Assembly: GCA_016939365.1 (NCBI GenBank)
Contig: JAFGHD010000130.1
Coordinates: 2,707-66,706 of the forward strand
DNA: 64,000 bases
Direction: 5' to 3'
Origin: Bacteroidales bacterium
GTDB lineage: Bacteria > Bacteroidota > Bacteroidia > Bacteroidales > JAFGHD01
This document shows positions 20,584-30,046 of the stretch, in pieces. The notes beneath the pieces were generated by a model. It was not told the DNA's origin and did no database searches. It was given only the letters and a program-made list of their open reading frames with translations. The stretch's first letter is position 1. Each line of letters starts with the position of its first letter. The translations under genes were made by a program, and so were the position numbers.

Positions 20584-21484
20584 TGACCATGAGTTCCATG
20601 AAACAATCTTCAATCCCCGGTTTGCATGATGAGAGGCTGATCTTCGTATGCCCCTTGCTCCTGAGGAAGGACTCCACGCTTTCCGGATCATCCTCCCTCA
20701 ATGCAAGGTGGATCCGGTCACCAAACCGGTATGCCGAACGGGTAAGGTGAAATTCCTTCAGATGCCCGGGAAGGGGATACATCATTTCACTGGCGACCGC
20801 ATAAAGCGGCCATGGAAATGCTTTGACCAGCCCATCCGGGTGGTCAATCCCCATGATGCGGCCGTTCTGGATCAACGCCACCCTGTCGCACAACGCCGCT
20901 TCATCCATGTAGGGAGTGGACACCAGAATGGTAATGCCTTCCGCCCTCCTCACAGCCAGCATCTCCCAGAATTCCTTACGGGATACGGCATCCACCCCGG
21001 TTGTCGGCTCGTCGAGCACGAGCAGGGAAGGGTTATGGATCAAGGCACAGGAGAGCGCCAGCTTCTGTTTCATCCCTCCGGACAACTTCCCGGCCTGCCT
21101 GTGGGCGAACGGCTCCAACGGCCCGTAAATATCCCTGATCAGGTGATAGTTCTCGCGGACCGTAGTGCCGAAAATACTGGCAAAAAATGACAGGTTCTCT
21201 GAAACCGTCAAATCATGATAGAGTGAAAAACGTCCGGGCATATAACCGGTGATCCTCCGGATCATTTTATAATCCTTCTGCGTGTCGTGGCCCAGTATCG
21301 TCGCACTGCCGCCATCCGGCAACAACAGGGAAACCAATATCCGGAAAAGGGTCGTTTTACCGGCTCCATCGGGTCCGACCAGCCCGAAAATCTCTGAAGG
21401 CCTGACCTCAAGAGTAGCTTCCTTCAAAGCCTGCAATCCTTTGAATGATTTTGATATCTGCCGGACGTCGACGGCTGCTTTCAT
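20570..21484 (-). CDS. ABC transporter ATP-binding protein
   Basis: Walker A GPDGAGKTT, signature LSGGMKQKLAL, Walker B LLVLDEP. Together with the next gene it corresponds to the two halves of the fused E. coli YbhF. Confidence 0.85.
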   Translation of the reverse strand: MKAAVDVRQISKSFKGLQALKEATLEVRPSEIFGLVGPDGAGKTTLFRILVSLLLPDGGSATILGHDTQKDYKMIRRITGYMPGRFSLYHDLTVSENLSFFASIFGTTVRENYHLIRDIYGPLEPFAHRQAGKLSGGMKQKLALSCALIHNPSLLVLDEPTTGVDAVSRKEFWEMLAVRRAEGITILVSTPYMDEAALCDRVALIQNGRIMGIDHPDGLVKAFPWPLYAVASEMMYPLPGHLKEFHLTRSAYRFGDRIHLALREDDPESVESFLRSKGHTKISLSSCKPGIEDCFMELMVNGQH

Positions 21485-21536
21485 GGATACCGGTTGGATT
21501 TCTGTTTCAACGAATCATTGTCCCGTTCAGAGGCTC

Positions 21537-22457
21537 TCACCTCAAATCCATATCTCTAACGAAAACGGCCTCTCCGGGCATACCCACCTTCAGTGACCCG
21601 TCGTTCTTCACACTGATACGCACGGCATAAACCAGGTTGACCCTTTCCTCCCGCGTCTGGATGATCTTGGGAGTGAACTCCGCCGTCTGTGCTATCCATG
21701 AAACGGTTCCGGGGAGGGTGTCGAGCCGGCCCTCCATCCGGTCGATGAGCACATGAACCTGCTGGCCTGTTCTCACAGAGGGGAGCTGCGCTCCGCTGAT
21801 GTAGACCCGGAGAATCATCTCGTTCGTCCGTGCGATTTTATACAGCGGTTTTCCATAGGAAGTCACCTCACCCGCCTCGGAATAGGTTTCGAGGACCGTT
21901 CCGTGAAGGGGATTGACCACGCTGCATTTCCTGATCGCCTCATCCAGCTGCAAGACCTGGGTCTCCAGGGCCTCCGCCTCCCGAGCAATAAGATCATACT
22001 GAGACTGTGTGGCTTCAATCTGCTTTTCAATCAGCCGGAGCCCGGCTTCTGCATCATCGAGCTGCTTGCGGGTTGCAGCACCCTCACTGAAAAGTTTCTC
22101 CAGACGCCGGTAATCGATCAGAAGATTCTCTTTCTGCTGTTCCTGGACATCTGCCTGTGCCGATACATTGCCTGCCCTGGCCCTGACGGCCCCGATCTGG
22201 GCAACGACCTGAACCTTTTTCAAGTACAGGTCGGTAGTATCTACCATCGCTGTGATCTGGCCGGAATCCAACCTCATTCCCTCTTCTACGCTCAGCCAAA
22301 GGATCCTGCCATTGGCTTCGGCATAGACCCGCAACTCGTCAGTTTCAAAATTGCCGTATGCATCCGGCCTGTCGGAGGAGTCATTGCATCCTCCAAATCC
22401 CAAAACCAGAATCAATATGGATATTTTCACTGGTAAAGACCGGAATATTTTTTTCAT
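21537..22457 (-). CDS. HlyD-family periplasmic adaptor (YbhG-like)
   Basis: 306 aa. Signal peptide plus lipobox (LVLGFGGCND). Central coiled coil (LRLIEKQIEATQSQYDLIAREAEALETQVLQLDEAI) flanked by beta-barrel segments. Confidence 0.8.
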   Translation of the reverse strand: MKKIFRSLPVKISILILVLGFGGCNDSSDRPDAYGNFETDELRVYAEANGRILWLSVEEGMRLDSGQITAMVDTTDLYLKKVQVVAQIGAVRARAGNVSAQADVQEQQKENLLIDYRRLEKLFSEGAATRKQLDDAEAGLRLIEKQIEATQSQYDLIAREAEALETQVLQLDEAIRKCSVVNPLHGTVLETYSEAGEVTSYGKPLYKIARTNEMILRVYISGAQLPSVRTGQQVHVLIDRMEGRLDTLPGTVSWIAQTAEFTPKIIQTREERVNLVYAVRISVKNDGSLKVGMPGEAVFVRDMDLR

Positions 22458-22467
22458 ATCGTTCGTT

Positions 22468-23742
22468 TTATATATTTCCCAGCAATGTAAGATACTGTAT
22501 CTTCACATATTCCAGCTGAAGGCGGTGCAATTCCAGGTTGAGACGTGCCCGGGTCCCGGCATGCAACTCCGTGAGGTACTCACTCGAAGTGATCACGCCG
22601 TTGTCCAGCTGGGATGAGGCCGTCGCCGTGACCTTTTCTCTGATCTGCAGTATCTCCTCATCGCTCCGCAGCATTTCCCCGATCCTGTTGATCTCGGCCG
22701 CCAGATTCTCCATTTCTATTTTCTGGTTCAATTCAAAGGCAGCCCTTTCGGTGTCCACCATTTCTCCGCGTATCCCGAGCAATTGCCCTTCCTTGTGGCT
22801 CTGGTCACGGTCCAGCAGGGTCCAGGTAAACCGGGCACCCACCATGTAATAGGTGTCAAATTCATTGAGAAGCATATCCAGTGCGGGTCTTCCGTAACCC
22901 CCCTGACCGAACGCCATCAGCCTGGGATATCTTGAAGCGGACTGAAGTTTCTGCAAACTGGCGAGATGGTTCCTTCGAAGATCAAACAGCCGGTATTCAG
23001 GCCTCTTCAGAGAGGATTCATCTCCGCTCAGATCGGTAAACGGAACCTGAAAAATTGTTCCTTCCTGGATTTTCCCGCCGCAAAGGACTTCGAGTGCACT
23101 GCGTACTGCTCCTGCTGATATCTCCGTGTCACGGATCTCCTGTCTGTTGGATATCAGCTCTGCACGCAGTATGTCGGCCTCAGTTGCCAGCATGATACCG
23201 TTTTCCACTCCGGCCTCAATCACTGACAGCCGGTTCTCCAGCTCCTGTTTCACGATCAGCAGGATTTCTTTCTTCTCCAAAAGCAACAGAGTCCTGAAGT
23301 AAAGCTCGTTGATCCGCTCCTTCAACTCGTAAATTCCCACTTCAACCTGTTGCAGGTCGATCTGGCTGACGAGGCTTTCCGCCTCCTTTCTGAACCGGGT
23401 GGCCGCACCGTCATATACGACCTGGTTGATATCCAGTGATATCTTGTACCAGTCCTTTGGCATGATCGGAATATCAATACCCGGGAGAGGCTGTACGGGA
23501 ACCTTGGTCACATCCGACTGCCAGGAAACCTGGCCGTTCACCTGCAACTCCGGAAGATATGACCGGTTCAGCTTTTGCCGGGTCAACCCGTCCGCAGCCT
23601 GTATCATTCCGGTTTTCCGGGCCAGAGGCCAGTTTGTAACAACCAGGCGGTGGCACTCCGTGAGGGTCAGGGTATCCTGCCCCCAGAGCGGCATCAAAGA
23701 GATCACCGCCAGAAAAACCATGATTCCGCTTCCTGTCCTCAT
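22468..23742 (-). CDS. TolC-family outer membrane efflux protein
   Basis: 424 aa with a signal peptide, helical-repeat composition and an operon position upstream of the HlyD gene. Overlaps the TetR stop by 4 nt. Confidence 0.75.
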   Translation of the reverse strand: MRTGSGIMVFLAVISLMPLWGQDTLTLTECHRLVVTNWPLARKTGMIQAADGLTRQKLNRSYLPELQVNGQVSWQSDVTKVPVQPLPGIDIPIMPKDWYKISLDINQVVYDGAATRFRKEAESLVSQIDLQQVEVGIYELKERINELYFRTLLLLEKKEILLIVKQELENRLSVIEAGVENGIMLATEADILRAELISNRQEIRDTEISAGAVRSALEVLCGGKIQEGTIFQVPFTDLSGDESSLKRPEYRLFDLRRNHLASLQKLQSASRYPRLMAFGQGGYGRPALDMLLNEFDTYYMVGARFTWTLLDRDQSHKEGQLLGIRGEMVDTERAAFELNQKIEMENLAAEINRIGEMLRSDEEILQIREKVTATASSQLDNGVITSSEYLTELHAGTRARLNLELHRLQLEYVKIQYLTLLGNI

Positions 23743-24350
23743 CGATTCCTGATTGAATTATTGATGAAAGACGCTACCTCTTCGTTTCTCTCACTTATGA
23801 ATTCATTGTATCCCGCCTCATCATCATCGAAAAAAATATGTTGCATGATCGGCCTGGCGACGAAAGGGAACACGCACAATGCGATCATGTTGACCATCAG
23901 GTGCAGGGGATTGAGAGGCCTGACCTCGCCCCTGTCGATCTCATCAAGGATCTGCCGGATGAAGGCGGCAGGATTGATGCCTGAGCCTTTGATCATCCCT
24001 GCCACACGCTGGGGAGACCGATTGAGCTCATGAATGACAAATCCGGGTATCAACGGATTCCTCCGGAGCATTTCATTATATCGCTCCGTAAACAATTCAA
24101 TCTTTCGGAAGATCGGGATGTCTTCGCCTAAAATGCTCGTGAAGTCAGGCACGGCCTGCTGCAAAGTCTCCCTGAAAATCGCCTCGAAAAGCCTTTCCTT
24201 GCTCCTGAAATAGTAATGAAGCAGGGCCTTGTTGATCCCCGCTTCATCGGCGATTTCCTGCATGCGTGATCCCTCCATCCCTTTCCGGAGGAATACCACC
24301 CTTGCAGCCTCCATGATCCTCTTCTCGGTATTTACATCAGAACTTTCCAT
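23739..24350 (-). CDS. TetR/AcrR-family transcriptional regulator
   Basis: N-terminal HTH EAARVVFLRKGMEGSRMQEIADEAGINKALLHYYFRSKERLF. First gene of the efflux operon. Confidence 0.85.
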   Translation of the reverse strand: MESSDVNTEKRIMEAARVVFLRKGMEGSRMQEIADEAGINKALLHYYFRSKERLFEAIFRETLQQAVPDFTSILGEDIPIFRKIELFTERYNEMLRRNPLIPGFVIHELNRSPQRVAGMIKGSGINPAAFIRQILDEIDRGEVRPLNPLHLMVNMIALCVFPFVARPIMQHIFFDDDEAGYNEFISERNEEVASFINNSIRNR

Positions 24351-24363
24351 ATTTTACCGAATT

Positions 24364-24425
24364 GTTTAACCAATTGCATTAACTATTTGATTTAATTTTT
24401 CAGTTTAATTACGTGGTCAAAAATA
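24364..24425 (-). promoter_or_regulatory. Candidate promoter (-7 box) and imperfect palindrome upstream of the TetR gene
   Basis: The minus strand reads TATTTTTG (plus-strand caaaaata, 24418-24425), which matches the Bacteroidota -7 consensus TAnnTTTG. Between it and the ATG lies GTTTAACCAA|TTGCATTAAC (24364-24383), a dyad with 7 of 10 matches centred on CAATTG. Confidence 0.3.
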
Positions 24426-24471
24426 AACATTTCCAGACAGGAAATACAAGAAAAAATGAAATTTTTTGTAC

Positions 24472-25527
24472 TTAGTTGAATTTAAGGGAGTAAGCGATTG
24501 CGTCCAGCTGCATCAGCAAATCCCTTTTGGGGGCATTGGGTGCGTAAACATAGACATCCAGGGTGATCACCTTGTCGTTTTTTTCATTCACCATGGTATA
24601 GCTCAGGAATGGACCGCCCATAAAATCACCGACGACTTTCCAGAGGCCTGAAGCCCTCATGGCATAGATGCCGTTGAAATCGACGGCCTGGAACTCAGGC
24701 CCCACCACCTCATCCGAAACAGTCATATATGAGTTGGCGGAGGGCCCGGGAATATGCTCCCGTGTGATGGCATTCCGGAAGGCGATGATCCTTTCAGGGT
24801 GAAAGGCGGAGGTATCGGTGTAATCGTATGCGTAGATGATCAGTCCCTGGCTGTGATGTTCTGTTTCCTGGCGAATCCACATGAATTCCCTGCCCTCTGA
24901 AGCCAGATAAAAACCTTTGGGAATAGTCAGGTAAAACCCGAAAGCTTCGCGGACTTTCTGTCCCAGCTTATGGTCGCCGAAATTCCCAAAAATCTCCTGT
25001 AAACGTTCTCTTTCCGACTTGATGAACTGATCGGAAATACCTTCGCGGTAATCGTTCAGTATCCGCACCAGACCGGTATCGGTAGGCGAAGCAAGACGGA
25101 TGACTGTCTGGGGTCTGGCCCAGTAATCCTTTTTGGCTTCGACCAGCGGGCGTAGGATGCTGTCATCGATCTCAGCAATCAGGATGCTGTGATGCGACCT
25201 GAACATCTTCGTACCCGTAAAATTGCTGATGGGAATATGGGCCAGTTCGAACATGGGCTCCGATTGCGGAAGCAAGGCATAATCCCCCTGCAGGCAGCTC
25301 CTGATCGAGTCGCCCACTTCGCCGTCCCATTGCTCTCCGTTATCGGTAACCACCAGGATTTCAGCCGTCTTTCCCGATGACCTGGAAAGTTTTCCCTCTT
25401 TACTGCCGTCACACGACAGCATCATCAGAAATACCATAAGGTAAACCACCCTCTCCGTCAACCGGTAAGGATTTTCCATTATTCTCGTGTTTAGGAAGGT
25501 CAGGCTTTCTGAGCCGGTGCTCTTCAT
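24472..25527 (-). CDS. Hypothetical lipoprotein (DUF4837-like)
   Basis: 351 aa. Internal VVYLMVFLMMLSCDGS is a signal peptide plus lipobox. The ATG at 25527 forms an ATGA overlap with the upstream stop; an alternative start is 25479. The family name is from memory of its association with LysM transglycosylase genes. Confidence 0.5.
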   Translation of the reverse strand: MKSTGSESLTFLNTRIMENPYRLTERVVYLMVFLMMLSCDGSKEGKLSRSSGKTAEILVVTDNGEQWDGEVGDSIRSCLQGDYALLPQSEPMFELAHIPISNFTGTKMFRSHHSILIAEIDDSILRPLVEAKKDYWARPQTVIRLASPTDTGLVRILNDYREGISDQFIKSERERLQEIFGNFGDHKLGQKVREAFGFYLTIPKGFYLASEGREFMWIRQETEHHSQGLIIYAYDYTDTSAFHPERIIAFRNAITREHIPGPSANSYMTVSDEVVGPEFQAVDFNGIYAMRASGLWKVVGDFMGGPFLSYTMVNEKNDKVITLDVYVYAPNAPKRDLLMQLDAIAYSLKFN

Positions 25528-27284
25528 CCCCTGATATGGATCTTCAGTTTCTGGCCCGGTTTCAGACCCCTGGTGTTTCTAATATTGTTCAGCCTTTTGA
25601 TCTGGTCAACCGTTGCACCCTGGTATAACCTGGCAATATCCCAAAGGGTGTCACCTTTTTTTACGACATGGTAAACGTATTCCTGATCCCGATTGTTGTT
25701 CCTGTTGGGAATTTCGGCAACCGGTTCTGTTCGCTTCTCAGCCGGGGCGGAAACCCTGAGTTTCTGGTTGGGGTATATGATGCTGGATGTAAGGTTGTTC
25801 CACTTCCTGAGACTCTCAATGGAGCATCCGTACCGGGAGGCAATATGACCCAGGCTTTCACCGGAACTCACCAAATGCCAGCCGTCAGACGATACTGCGG
25901 AGGTGGTCGTCTGGGTATCACTGACGGACTGTTTCGAAGGTTTTCCGGTATAGCCCGGAGAATAGACCACCAGCTTCTGTCCGGGACGTATGAGTGTGCT
26001 GCGCATGTCATTCCAGCTCATCAGGTTTCTCACACTGCAGCCGTATTTCCCGGCGATCACCCCAAGGTTTTCACCTGAGCGGACCACGTGAATGTTTCTC
26101 TCGCTGGCCTTCTTGATCTCAGCCAGCAGGTTTTCCCGCTCGATACCCCTGCTGGTTTTAAAGCGGTAAAGCGAATCTTCACAGGTGATGAAAATCCCGG
26201 AAAAATCCCTGTGAATTACCAGCGGATACTTATGATCCGCTTTTGCAGGGATAATTCCCGCTTTATAGGCCGGATTCAGGAACTGAAGGTCTTCCATCGG
26301 GACGTGAAGCATTTCCGAGATCTGGTCAAACGAAAGCGCATCGCGGACCATTACAGTATCCAGGTCCGCGTATGTGAATCCGGCACTGACCGGGCATATG
26401 CCGTGATCGGCGGCATGGTGGAGCACATAGGTGACGGCGATGAATGCCGGGACATATCCCCGGGTTTCACGGGGCAGGTAGGGCCATATGGCCCAATAAC
26501 TCTTGCTGCCTCCCGCCCTCCGGATGGCCTTGTTGACGTTACCTGCACCTGAATTATACGCTGCCAGTGCCAGAGACCAGTTACCGTATATGTCGTGAAG
26601 ATCACGCAGATGCCGGCATGCGGCATCGGTCGACTTATAAATATCAAATCGCTCATCCACCAAAGAATTCACCCGCAGGCCGTAAAGTTTTCCGGTTCCG
26701 TACATGAATTGCCACAACCCTTTGGCTCCTGCCCTGGAATTCGCGGTCGGGTTCAGTGCCGACTCTACGACAGCCAGATATTTCAGTTCGAGTGGCAGGT
26801 CATACCGGTCGAGCATTTCCTCAAACAAGGGAAAGTAAAGCTCCGAAAGCCCCAGTATCCGGGAAGAAAGTTCCCTTTTCTTCACCGCATAGAGATGTAT
26901 GAAATCCCTGATCTGCCGGTTAAAGGCCATCTCAATGGGAGTCAGTCTGTTCAGCGCTTCAATCCTGGCTTCGTAAACAGAGTCCGGAAATGTGACCGCT
27001 TCACCTGAGCAGGGCGTATTATCCGCAATTCCGGATCCGGGGCCGAACCCGCCCTTCTCCAGGAATTTGACCCGCACCAGGCTGTCCAGCAGCGCCGCCA
27101 CATAGGTGTCGCCCACGGTGAAGACACGGAAAGCATTGGTGTCTGAAATCCCGTGAAGTATTGGCTCCTGAATATGCGACATTGTTGCTGTGTCAGAGGC
27201 GATGGTGTCTGAAGGGGCTTGCTGCCCACGGACAATCGAAACGAAAAAGAAACCCGCAAGAATCGCTGCGCCGGATCGGGTCAT
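25524..27284 (-). CDS. Lytic transglycosylase with three C-terminal LysM domains (MltD-like)
   Basis: Start taken at Met 27284 (MTRSGAAILAGFFFVSIVRGQ, a signal peptide). SLT motif AVVESALNPTANSRAGAKGLWQFMYGTG. The LysM repeats are HVVRSGENLGVIAGKYG, HLVSSGESLGHIASRYG and HVVKKGDTLWDIARLY. Confidence 0.8.
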   Translation of the reverse strand: MTRSGAAILAGFFFVSIVRGQQAPSDTIASDTATMSHIQEPILHGISDTNAFRVFTVGDTYVAALLDSLVRVKFLEKGGFGPGSGIADNTPCSGEAVTFPDSVYEARIEALNRLTPIEMAFNRQIRDFIHLYAVKKRELSSRILGLSELYFPLFEEMLDRYDLPLELKYLAVVESALNPTANSRAGAKGLWQFMYGTGKLYGLRVNSLVDERFDIYKSTDAACRHLRDLHDIYGNWSLALAAYNSGAGNVNKAIRRAGGSKSYWAIWPYLPRETRGYVPAFIAVTYVLHHAADHGICPVSAGFTYADLDTVMVRDALSFDQISEMLHVPMEDLQFLNPAYKAGIIPAKADHKYPLVIHRDFSGIFITCEDSLYRFKTSRGIERENLLAEIKKASERNIHVVRSGENLGVIAGKYGCSVRNLMSWNDMRSTLIRPGQKLVVYSPGYTGKPSKQSVSDTQTTTSAVSSDGWHLVSSGESLGHIASRYGCSIESLRKWNNLTSSIIYPNQKLRVSAPAEKRTEPVAEIPNRNNNRDQEYVYHVVKKGDTLWDIARLYQGATVDQIKRLNNIRNTRGLKPGQKLKIHIRG

Positions 27285-27505
27285 AGAACAGTGTAGGTTT
27301 GTAGGGATCAGATTAGTAACAATCATTGGCAAATATATGGTATTTGCACCTGAACAAATAACCGTTAAAATGAAAACAATTAACACGAGCGGGTTGATAA
27401 TTTCAGCCACCGGTCTGGATTGTCGCTGAAGGATATGATGATCCGGCTGACAAGGATCGCGCCCCTGGAAAGATCAAGCAGGGTGCAGGGAGTAATTCAG
27501 GGCGG

Positions 27506-27715
27506 CTATTTCTCCTTCTCGGGCTGGCTCTTGTCAGCCCCCTTGTTTTTCTGATCGTCCGGATTGCTCATTCCTTCCTTGAATTCACGTATCCCTTTGC
27601 CAAGCCCCTTCATCAGTTCAGGAATCTTTTTTCCTCCGAAGAGAAGCAGTACGATCACAACGATCAGGACGATCTGCCAGGGGCCAATTACCCCGGAAAT
27701 AAAAAGTGATGCCAT
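27506..27715 (-). CDS. tatA: Twin-arginine translocase subunit TatA/E
   Basis: Start at Met 27715: [48 protein letters not shown]. This is the canonical TatA TM segment plus amphipathic helix. Confidence 0.8.
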   Translation of the reverse strand: MASLFISGVIGPWQIVLIVVIVLLLFGGKKIPELMKGLGKGIREFKEGMSNPDDQKNKGADKSQPEKEK

Positions 27716-27856
27716 AACAGACTGGGCTTTGATCATGCAAAGATATGAAATCAATGGAGTGGGTCGATCTCACGGATTCATATTCATGCCGTACCAGATC
27801 AGGTGCAACCTTTTCCGGGACTCTCCGGTCTTTTGGTAACGAAAGGGAAAAACATC

Positions 27857-29929
27857 ATGGTTTATTATTTCACAGGTAACATACGACTGATCGCCGTTTA
27901 TTTGATCGTTGTTTTCTTTCCCGCATGGCTGATGGGTCAGGAACGAGAGATCACACATGAGATGTCTGCCGCCGAGGCGGCAATGAAACACCTGATCGGT
28001 AAGGATTATCGGGCAACGGATCCTCCCCCGGGTCCCGTGAGGAATATTGCCGAATTCGAGCAGATGCAGGGTGTGCTGATCCGTTATCCCTTCGGCATTT
28101 CCTATCAGCTCATCGCTGCAATGTCGCAGGAAACAGGATTGACAACCATCGTTGCGAATTCCGGTCAGGAGAACTATGTCAAGAGCCAGTATATTGCCAA
28201 TGGGGTGAACATGGGCAACTGCACATTCCTGCACGCACCGACAGATTCCTACTGGGTGCGTGATTACGGCCCGTGGTATATCGCCTTTGGAAATGATTCG
28301 ATCGGCATTGTCGATTTCATCTATAACCGTCCCCGGCCCGATGATGATGTGATCCCCCTCAGGATGGCGGAATTCCTGGGTATTTCCTATTTCGCCATGG
28401 ACCTGGTCCACACGGGTGGTAACTACATGACCGAAGGATGGGGCATTTCGGCATCTACAGAGCTTGTATGGCAGGAGAATCCCACCCTGACCCATCAGCA
28501 GATCAACGACCTGATGAACGCCTATCTGGGTATCGGCACCTATCACGTGGTCCCTGACCCCAACAACACCTATATCGACCATATCGACTGCTGGGCAAAA
28601 TTCCTGGATGTCGACAAGGTGCTGGTACGGGAGGTGCCTCCTTCCCACCCGCAGTATGATGAGATCGAGGCCGCGGCAGCCTATTTCGGATCACAGGTCT
28701 CGGGATACGGCAACTACTATCAGGTTTACCGGGTCTATACACCGGGTAACGAACCCTACACCAATTCACTGATCCTGAACAACCGCGTATTTGTTCCCAT
28801 CATGGGATCATCCTGGGATGATGAGGCCATTGCCTCTTACGAGGAGGCCATGCCTGGCTATGAAGTGCTCGGGTTCACCGGCTCCTGGGAGTCCACCGAC
28901 GCCCTTCATTGCAGGACAAAAGGCATTTCAGACCTGAATATGTTGTATGTCATACATTCGCCCCTGCTGGGCACTCAGCCCTTTCAGACAGAATACCTGG
29001 TTGAGGCAGAGATCACGGCCTATAGCAAAATGCCGGTCGTCAGCGACTCTGTCAGACTGTTCTTTCGGATCAACAGCGGGGCTTTCCAGACAGTCACGAT
29101 GACCCACCAGGGAGGAAAACTCTATTCGGCAGTAATCCCGGGAGCAGCTCCCGGGTCTGAAGTGGCCTATTATCTGCGGGCGGTGGATGCTTCGGGGAAA
29201 GCCACCAACCATCCCCTGATCGGACATCATGATCCCCATATCTTCATTGCCGGACCGCAACCATATCCGGATATCCAGGTCAGCATCTCAGAACTCAATG
29301 CCTCGGCCAATGCCGGCTTCATAAGTACGGATGAGTTCGAAATCACCAATAACGGTCAGGTCGGGCTGACCTGGGATATCACCTGTTCGACCGTCGTCGG
29401 CGAACCTTTTGATTTAGCGGTGATCAAGGAAAAGACATCCGTAACGGAGCAATGGCTTTCAGTGGCTCCCGGCTCCGGAACCATTGATCCCGGGATTTCC
29501 CAGCCCGTCCAGGTTACCTGCGATGCCACCCTTCTCGATCCCGGTCAGTACGAAGGCACCCTGACCATTACTTCCAACGATCCGGACCAGCCCGAAATCC
29601 TGATCCCGGTCCATTTCACGGTCGATATCGCCTCAGGTATCCCATCGCCTGCTGAGGAACTTCCGGATATCACATTTTATCCCAATCCATTCACCGGGAT
29701 GACCCGTGTGGGATTCACCCTTCCGGAAGATACCGATGTGAGGCTCGTCATCACCGACAGCCGGGGCAGTGAAGTCACTACCCTCCTCAATCAGTTCATG
29801 CAGCAGGGAGATCATGTCCTGAACTGGAACGGCACCAACCGGAACGGACAAAAACTGAAAACCGGGGTTTATTATTTCATCATGACAGGGATCAATATTC
29901 AGGCAACGGGAAAGGTCATCCTGCACTGA
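27857..29929 (+). CDS. Secreted guanidino-group deiminase (agmatine deiminase / Porphyromonas-type peptidylarginine deiminase family) with T9SS C-terminal domain
   Basis: Start at ATG 27857 (MVYYFTGNIRLIAVYLIVVFFPAWLMGQE). PAD_porph-type motifs YWVRDYGPW, HTGGNYMTEGWG and DALHCRTKG (catalytic Cys). The C-terminus ITFYPNPFTGMTRVGFTL...GVYYFIMTGINIQATGKVILH is a T9SS type A sorting domain. Confidence 0.75.
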   Translation: MVYYFTGNIRLIAVYLIVVFFPAWLMGQEREITHEMSAAEAAMKHLIGKDYRATDPPPGPVRNIAEFEQMQGVLIRYPFGISYQLIAAMSQETGLTTIVANSGQENYVKSQYIANGVNMGNCTFLHAPTDSYWVRDYGPWYIAFGNDSIGIVDFIYNRPRPDDDVIPLRMAEFLGISYFAMDLVHTGGNYMTEGWGISASTELVWQENPTLTHQQINDLMNAYLGIGTYHVVPDPNNTYIDHIDCWAKFLDVDKVLVREVPPSHPQYDEIEAAAAYFGSQVSGYGNYYQVYRVYTPGNEPYTNSLILNNRVFVPIMGSSWDDEAIASYEEAMPGYEVLGFTGSWESTDALHCRTKGISDLNMLYVIHSPLLGTQPFQTEYLVEAEITAYSKMPVVSDSVRLFFRINSGAFQTVTMTHQGGKLYSAVIPGAAPGSEVAYYLRAVDASGKATNHPLIGHHDPHIFIAGPQPYPDIQVSISELNASANAGFISTDEFEITNNGQVGLTWDITCSTVVGEPFDLAVIKEKTSVTEQWLSVAPGSGTIDPGISQPVQVTCDATLLDPGQYEGTLTITSNDPDQPEILIPVHFTVDIASGIPSPAEELPDITFYPNPFTGMTRVGFTLPEDTDVRLVITDSRGSEVTTLLNQFMQQGDHVLNWNGTNRNGQKLKTGVYYFIMTGINIQATGKVILH

Positions 29930-29953
29930 CCGTTCTGAACAGCATCCTGAACG

Positions 29954-29991
29954 ACAGCCGGTATCGCCTCATGCAACCGGCTGTTTTTTTT
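29954..29991 (+). terminator. Rho-independent terminator
   Basis: ACAGCCGGT (29954-29962) pairs with ACCGGCTGT (29976-29984), a 9-bp perfect stem with a 13-nt loop. It is followed directly by a run of eight T. Confidence 0.65.
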
Positions 29992-30046
29992 CCTACGGGG
30001 TAATGGGCCTATTTGCTATCTTTGTTTGGAATCAAATCAAATCATT

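Noticed and set aside
27770-28648. 292-aa minus-strand ORF opposite the deiminase gene
   Set aside because: It is entirely antisense to a gene with strong family motifs. Its translation is His/Gly/Arg/Cys-rich with no motif, which is the typical shadow ORF of GC-rich coding DNA.
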